Source of the DNA: the human T2T-CHM13v2.0 reference genome, Homo sapiens
DNA: 64,000 nt
Strand: one strand, 5' to 3'
Assembly (NCBI RefSeq): GCF_009914755.1
Contig: NC_060927.1
Positions 53,542 through 64,000 of this stretch are shown piece by piece. Under the pieces are notes generated by a model. The model was not told the DNA's origin. It did no database searches and worked only from the letters and a program-made list of their open reading frames with translations. Position 1 is the stretch's first letter. Each line of letters opens with the position of its first letter. A program made the position numbers and the translations under genes.

Positions 53542-56500
53542 GTAAGTATTTGATATTAATCTCTTTTCTGAAAGACTTTACTGTACAGGTTATAATGAAA
53601 TGCTAAAACTTAGATTGATAAAGCAGTGATTTATTGTTGCCTTGGCTCATAGGCAAAAACGTAATAGTATATTTTTTTGGCAATATCTAACTACTTTTGT
53701 AGTCTAACCAGTTGAATTTCTTCATGTTCTTTTTAAATCTTGATTCTCTTTGCCTTTTCTTTATCTTATACCTAATAAATACGTAATCATGATTTCTGTA
53801 AAATCCTTTGGGCAGAAGTTTTGTCAAATTATACTTTAGGTAAATATCAACCTGTCAAAATTGATTTATAAAGGGAGTTGGTATATATTTTCAGGTTCTC
53901 CATTCTGAGTAAGAACAGTTAGTGCTTTCTGTAACATGTGGTTAATATGTTGTATACAAATCACATTTTGAACTTAATGCTATTAATACTTGAAATTTTT
54001 AAAAATAGCAAGTAAATGCACCTTTTTGAAAAATATGTTAATCTTTTCTAAGGCAAACTGTTACCTTCAGTTTATATTTTATGTAAGTTTGGCCATTCCT
54101 AAATTCAGTGGAATGAGACACGGTAAAACAAGCTATGTATAAATAGCCTTGACATTTTTGTAGTCACATGTTAATTAACAAATTCCTCATGCAGAAATTA
54201 TCTTTCTAATGAAGACTGTGGTATTTTTAAGAATTTATTTTTGGAGCAGAGCTATCCTCACTGCCATTCATTGTAAATATTTTCTGTACCTAGTCTATTC
54301 ACTCAGTTAAAGGTTATCAAAAGTGAGCCTAGATAGTAGTATCTGGTCTGTTTGAATTCAGCATCACTAGTTTCCTCATTTCAGTGCCCTTTCTTCCTCA
54401 GTGGTGAAACCTCTTCTGTCTTCAAGTAGTCCACATTTGCCTGTTTTTAATCTCCGTTCCTTATCCAAAAAAAGAGATCTAATTGTATCTATTCTTGTTG
54501 ATTAATCAAACATTGTTATGACACAACTTATGTTTGTTTATTTGTATCTTAGCCCAGTTCCATGGCTTTGTGTCAGTCAGCTTTCAAGTTACAAAGAGAT
54601 ATATAGGTTTACAGATTGAGTATAATACTAGTTGCCTTGCTAGATTGTATGAGGGCATTTAATGTATATAAAAGTGATATGTAAACTGTAACAACTAATA
54701 ATGCTGTTTATGGGGAGAAAATGTGGTCCTTCTATAAATTAATTTTTGGTATCATCAAATGGAAAGGTTAGTTTTGTTTGGACAGAGCAACCCTGAAATC
54801 AAAGTATTTCTTCACTAAAGTGAGCCTTGAAGATAAATGTAATTTATTTAATACAAAGGTAACTGAAGAGAATTGTGAGGGGACAGTGAACGCATACCAC
54901 CAGATTGCCCATTGAAAAGGCAACGGTCAGATCTGGGACATCTGGCTGCTAGAGATTTACTTGTGTAAGCTGCCGGATCATATATGATTCTCTGTGTTTT
55001 CAGACTGTAGAGGCTGAAAAAATGTTATGTTAACGCAAATATAAATCAGAGTAGCAGGTCCAAGCCTTAGCTGTTCATACCACATTGAATTCAAGTACAT
55101 TACACCCCAAATATTTTCCACATATTTTATTATTTTGACATAGTTGATGTTGTCTTGAAGTTTTTATTGGTATCTTTTTGCTGAATAATCCTATGTGATA
55201 TTTTAGGACACTGCCTAAAATGTTTACAATTATTTAAGTCATAAGACTGTTTGATCTATATTTGGTTATCTGGAAAGTGTTAAAAGCATTTTATGTCATA
55301 ACATGACAGTTTGTTATTTCCTTTAGACATTCCACTGTCCTTCAGTTAAGTTTTAGGAAGGTTATTAGGGGTATAGATTTGACATATAATACATTATAGT
55401 AGGAAATACTCACTCAGCATTTTTACGCTGTGCCTGGTTTTCAAGAGTGAATCACTGACATTCAGAAGGAGATATTGATATATCATTAACATCATGTGAC
55501 CAGCAATGTAGACATATCTTTTCTAGAAGGATAGCTGGCTAGCTTCACAGAAATACATTTTTTCTAAAAATGATACTATGATACATTTTTAGAAATTCTC
55601 GGACTTCAGAAATCAAAGATTTGCAATATCATAATTTGAAATTTAAAACATGAATAAGTGTTAAGGCAGAGGCAGGAATATGGTAAGGGCCACGAGATGA
55701 GAACAAGAAAGGCGACACAGGTAGCTGTGTCCTGTGGCTTTAACATAAATGGGGGCAAGAGGCAGGAGATAAAACAGTAGATGTAAGCAAAATATTGGGT
55801 TTATTAACCATATTCAGAAGCTTAGTGTGTATTCCATAAGCAGTAGGGGGAGGGTGGTCACTGAAGAGGATTAGGTCAGGTTTGCATTTTAGAAAGGTCT
55901 TTGTAGTAGGCAAAATGGAATACAGGCGGAGAAAACTGTAAGCAAGGAGGCAGTTGGCTTTTGCAATAATTTAGGCAAGATGTGATCATGGCTTAAACTT
56001 GGATAGTGAGTGGTAGTACAGGTAGAGAAGAGACACTTGTGAGATACTTGAGAGGTTACCTAAAAGATAGAATTGACAGGATTTAGTGATTGTGTAGATA
56101 ATGAAGAGTCTATTAAATAATGAGTATGTTTATATTCAGTAATTACATTGCTAGGAATATATGCAAATGATATATTTGACAAAGATGAACACACAAGACC
56201 TTTCACCTTGATTTTTTAAATAAATGTGAAGAAATGGAAAGCAATTTATGTGTCCCATTTGGAATTATATAGTATTTGGTTTATATAGAGCAGATTACTG
56301 CTCTATGGATAGAAGTAGCCTTTGAAAAGTATAGGATGTTGACGTGGAAAACTAAATACAATATACTTTTAGATTTAAAAAAGGGATTTATAAAACAGTA
56401 TGTAAAATTATGAACCACTTGTGTAAATACACACAAATAGTTACGTAGACATAATTTTTTTAATAATAAAACCATAAATAGTGGTTATCTTATAAAAGAG

Positions 56501-56767
56501 GAACTATGGGGTACTTCTTACATTTTCTGTATTGGTTGAAATTATTATATGGAGTATAATAGTCCTCTACTTTAAAATAAAAAAAATCCATTTTAAAAAG
56601 AATTTAATTAAAGTGGAATGTAGGTAAAGTTTCTGTAGATAAAGAAGGCAATAAAACTATTACCTTTATTATATTTTGCTAATTATATTTTGTGTATTAG
56701 TAGAAGTTATCCCTGGTTGATGGCAAAACCTGGAATAGAGAAGTCACCTATAATAACACAGAATATA

Positions 56768-57101
<334 letters not shown>

Positions 57102-58439
57102 TTAGATGATAGCAGCAAGCAATAAGGTAGCAGATGACATAACTAGATGAAGTGGCTTCACAGTGTAATGGTTTTTATATGAACATTGAGAACTGATGGT
57201 TCAGAAGAGAGACTGGGGTGAGGAGGACTTAACTTCTACTTTCTAACTCTGAAGGCCATTTAACTGCTGAATAGCTTCATCTCAGCAGAATTTGAGGACA
57301 GAGGACAATCACTTTCCTTAAGGAAAGGTTTGGAGGTAAGAATAGGGAAAGAGAATGAGAGTGTAAAATGGTTTGTCATGGAACCGGGTATTACAGGAGC
57401 ACAACAGAAATTGTTGGGATGGAGGGGAGCAGTGGGAGTCTGAGACAGAGGACAGCAGCTTGGCGATGAAAGGCAGGAGAGGCTGGGCAAGGAGAAGTGA
57501 TAACAGCTGCATCTGTGGATGTCAAAGCAGCAACCTCCCTTGAGAAAGTTGCCTTTAGCTTCTCGGGATTTGGTAATCAGGATTTTAAAAAGGGTGTCAG
57601 GGATATGGATTCCTGGCCCACAGACTCCAGGGAAAAATAACAGACTATGTCTCTTCTGAAGCAGGATGAGAAAAAAGCCCTGGAGGTCAGAGGCTGGATC
57701 CTGGTCTTCAGTTCAACTTTCAGTAATCTTCTTGAGATTGTGTATAAAGTGGTATCTGAAGAGGAGGCCCTGACAGGCTGCTTTTCTTCATCTTGCTCCT
57801 TAAATTCTCCCACTCTCTGTCATTAACTCAGTGACTAAATTGTCTTTGTCCTTTTGGGCCCCAGTCATATATCCTCCTCAGACTCTGATTTCTTTACTGG
57901 TTGTAACTGGAAAGTGACCTGAAAGTTAGCAGTGGGAAACCAGGATCTGTGTTGATTGATTCAGTAGACTTAATTTTACACAAAATGTTTAGTAAATAGT
58001 CTTGGAGGGTAGGAGATGTTGACTCTCCTCACCAGAGAAGTTCAGCTGGGCTTTTGGACAGCAGGATATTTCTGCTACCCTGAGATTTGTGGCTATATCC
58101 TAAAGGGTTGAGATTATTCTTAAGAAGGATCCCCTGATAAGCAGAGTTTTTTTTTTATATTGTAGTATTCTAAGTTTATTACCCAAATAAATATTTCCTT
58201 GAGATTTCAAATTGAAATAGTTGTATTTTTTTATTAGTGACCCATGTTCTTTTAAGATGTCTTTCAAGGCAGAATTTTCAACATGATTATGCATCTTTTA
58301 CATTGTTACCTTAATCATGAATTATTGAAAAATTTTATCTACAGCATTCTATAACATCTCTGTGCTGTGATCTGATAAGTTGTCATATTTATACCAAGAA
58401 ATTTTCAGTCTCAGACTCTCCCGTAAGCACATGAAGTAT

Positions 58440-59706
<1,267 letters not shown>

Positions 59707-60214
59707 TAATTTAATTAAATGGGTAAGAAGCATTATCTGAAGGGAGTAGGAGCTGTGAATTTTAGATTTTATTCCCATCACAGCCTCTATCTTTCTTTTA
59801 GGTCTTTATATCTCATTTATTCTTTATTCCTCATCTCTGTTTTGGGACTAACCTTAATGTTGCTACCAGTTACTACGGTTATAAAAATTTACTAATTGGT
59901 ATGATGTTGGCCTGAGGGTATTGGTACTTCTTCCAAAGACAATATTTAACAAGCAAATTTTGCTTGAATATGAAATATTTGCTTGAGTATTTGCTTGAAT
60001 GTGAAATATTTTGAACATTTTCTGTGGATTCTGTGGATTATAGAGATTCCATAAAGAAAATACTTAATAGATGAAGCATTTCATCTGAGCTCAGTTATAC
60101 TTAAATTATCATTTTCTTAGGATCCTGACAGAAGATTAAACTAGGAATTATTAAAAAACAAAACAAAACAAAACAAAAAACTACCTTAAAGAATCTATTT
60201 CTGCTACCATGTAT

Positions 60215-60400
60215 CTTGGCTTTATCACTTAATAGCTGTGTGATCCTTTGCCTAGTTGCTTAACTTTCCTATGTGTTTTTTCATCTATAAAATGGTGACA
60301 ATAATGTTGCCTACCTCACAGCATTGTTATAAGGATTAAGTAAGTAATTATATGTAAAATACTTAGACAATGCCCAGCCCATGGTAACTGCTCAGGGAAT
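60215..60400 (+). mobile_element. MIR SINE
   Basis: agctgtgtgatcc...tcatctataaaatgg...taaggattaag. Confidence 0.65.
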
Positions 60401-61749
60401 GGACCTGCTGTTATTATGGTCCTCATCATCTGAATTGATCCATCATGTACATCACCCCATAAACAGCGATTGTTCAAGCTAAGAGTCAGTGTGTCCTGTG
60501 CTTGTGTGTGAGGTTGCTCACAAAATTGAAGTCAATGTTAAAAGTAATTTTGTTTTTCATACCTATCTTAAAGGCAGTGTCAGTTTCTAATTATTCGGAT
60601 GTGATTTCACCCCTTTCCTATCTTGCTCCAGTGTTAACTTCCTTATCTCTGTTCTCAATTTCTTCAAGCCCCTTTCTAAGAACTCCAGCAGCCTCCCTGC
60701 CTAAGTTGCACGTTGCTGAGCCCTGGCAGTTCTTGACACATTTACCCCTGAAGAAGTTAGAGAGCTGCTGCTACCCCTTCAGTAGCTCTCATTACTGGCA
60801 CTAACATTTTTTCTGCGCCCTGTCCCATGATAGGATATTTTCACATCCTAAGGTTCAAGCAGTGGAAGTGGTTATGAAAGCATCAATTTTTCTTTCCACT
60901 GCTGCTTTCTGTCCCTCAGCACTAGGTGTCATGGAAAGAATGTAGATCTGGTGAGAAGGTCAGGAAACATGGATCTTAATACTCACCCCACCACTCACTC
61001 CGTATTTTTGGACAGTCACTTTCTTTTTTAAAATGAGAGAGGGCTAAAATCCAGCATTAAAAAGCCCACATAGTTATAAGTAGATTTTGTTCTTCATTAT
61101 TTTTGACACTGTGCTCTTCCTTTCACCGTTCAGATCATTAGGAGTTAGCTATAATACAAAGCTGAATACTCTTCGGCTATGTTTTAAAGTGTTGGTGCAT
61201 TGCTTCATATCTTTGCTTAAAGACAAAGCTATGAAGATGACTGAATCATTAAGACATTTAAAACTTTTTGCAGTGTGAAAGAAGCAGTCAGACTCATGTC
61301 TTAGAGGTTGAAATAAATAAATGAACTAACTTGGGTGGCAGGCTTAGAATACATACCTTATCTTGAAGAGACAGCCCTGTTCAGCTACAGTAGGTGGTGT
61401 CATGTAGGAATATGGGTATATCCTTCTCAGTTAGTCCAAGAGAAGCCGTAAATGCAGACTTTTATATGAAATCTCTCAATTTTTAAATATTAGCATGCAA
61501 TTTTAAAAATGAGAACCGCTATACATGTCTAGGAAAACATACCAGGAAGCCATATCTGTCCCCAGCAACCCGTGTGAGACCTCTACATCATGGTTTATAT
61601 TTGCCTTTTTGTTAATGTAGTTTCACATATATTTTCTGATAAGCTGATTTATTTATCACATCTGTTTGGCTTGAGCTCGTGTTATTTTTCATGTTAACCA
61701 TTGAAGTATGTAGTAATAATATGGCTTTTTTTCTTTCAAATAATTATAG

Positions 61750-61971
<222 letters not shown>

Positions 61972-62632
61972 TAGGAGACTTTATATGACTAAATTACATT
62001 CTGAATTAAAAATAATGAAGTAAAGAAACAGATTTATGATCTGTAATCTGCCCTTTAATATTTCCCTGCCCTTCTAAAATCACCTGTTGCTGTTTCTTTC
62101 TTGGCTATCATTTCAGAAAAAAGTAAAACTTTGCAGTAAACAGACTCTGATAAACTTCTACAAATTGTCATCTGTTAGCCATTTTATGGGCCTGTCTGTA
62201 GATAGGTGCTTCTAATTTTACCCTCTGTGATAATGAAAGGAACTACATGCGTTGGTTTTCAGTGGATTATAAAATGTTAGACGCCTAAAATCATAACACC
62301 AGCTACCATGTATTGAATGCTTACTATGTGCCAGGAACTCTGCTAGGTATTTTGCAAGCATTATTTGATTTAATTCTTAACCACTCCTGTTATTGTCATT
62401 GACAGAGCTGGGATTCAAGCCCCTCTCTAATGGCAAAGCCTGGTTCCTGACACCACCTGATAAATCTTTTGTTATGTAGACTGCTCTCACTACCAAAATC
62501 AAATCTGTTAAGTGCCTGCTGTGCTCAGAGAGTTACTAGAGGTGTTGTTGAATTACAGGATTGAGCGATTTTCTGGGAAAATGCAGAGCTGGTTGTAATT
62601 ATAATTTTGTTTTAAAGAAGTGTTTGTCTTTA

Positions 62633-62975
<343 letters not shown>

Positions 62976-63508
62976 TTACTGAGAAAACAGCTTCATTTTT
63001 ATTCATCCAAAAATTATAAAATTTGGAAGCCAATTTTCAACTGTAATAAATAACTTTTATGATTTTATAGACCTTTTAAATGTCTACCTTATTACTTTTT
63101 TTGTTGCTGTTAACACTGGGAATAATGGTTAATAATTTTTTTCTCCTCATTTTTGAAAAGGCTAACATGTAGATCACATGGCAAAAAGCGATGAACATGA
63201 TCTGAATTATTAAACCCTGAATTTTAGGTTTCTAGATGTTGCATTTCATGTAGTTAAATTTGTAATATTTTGTATAATGTAAATGTGTAATATTACCCAC
63301 GCACCCCATATGGTTAGCTTGTTTAATTTGGGCCAGGAGAGAATCTCCACTCTTTATTTTTTAGATAGCAAGCTAACAAATAAGCAGGCAAGTAAAAGAA
63401 GCTTATGCATTTTTATAGGAAGGATATATTTTTATGCTGGTTTATATACATGGTTATTTTTCCATATTTACTAAGCTGTCAATTTGAATAAAACTACTAA
63501 AATGATGA

Positions 63509-63733
<225 letters not shown>

Positions 63734-64000
63734 TAGAAATAGATTGAACATTTCAAAGTCTTTGTCATTAATACTATAGTCGAATATTATTTGTGGAATT
63801 TTTTTAGTCAACTGCTTTGTAACTACTAAAACCAATGAATAAAATGGACACATGATGCTTATATGCATTTATATTCTATAAAGCTATAATGCAGAATATT
63901 TTAGTGTGTTCACTACTGTACTTATAGGAATTTTATAAGCAATTATACTTTTAGGTATCTTAAACACATATATAATTAAACTCTTACACATGTGCCATAT

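Noticed and set aside
59955-60020. Short tandem tttgcttga repeats resembling a mini-array
   Set aside because: Local slippage duplication without unique spacers; not CRISPR-like, and the context is eukaryotic.

Overview
Human (hominid) genomic DNA from inside the OPA1 gene (mitochondrial inner-membrane fusion dynamin-like GTPase, + strand). The window starts in intron 1 and contains coding exons 2-22 in classic numbering, plus alternative exons 4b and 5b. All have GT-AG boundaries and a continuous frame. Intron 1 holds a decayed antisense class I ERV provirus (MER101-like LTRs, tRNA-Leu PBS, gag-pro-pol-env, 3352-16969). That provirus is interrupted by a near full-length L1PA with internal deletions and a probable short 3' transduction, and by two Alus. 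An orphan inverted copy of the provirus 3' internal end lies about 3 kb upstream. Intron 7 contains a 1.05-kb 5'-truncated L1HS-Ta insertion with a perfect TSD, probably polymorphic and non-reference, on a haplotype that also carries Asn158. The rest is ordinary intronic repeat content (Alus, MIR, L2, MER75 piggyBac, hAT MERs). I found no evidence of a wholly new biological system. The most interesting signals are retroelement-driven structural features of a disease gene.
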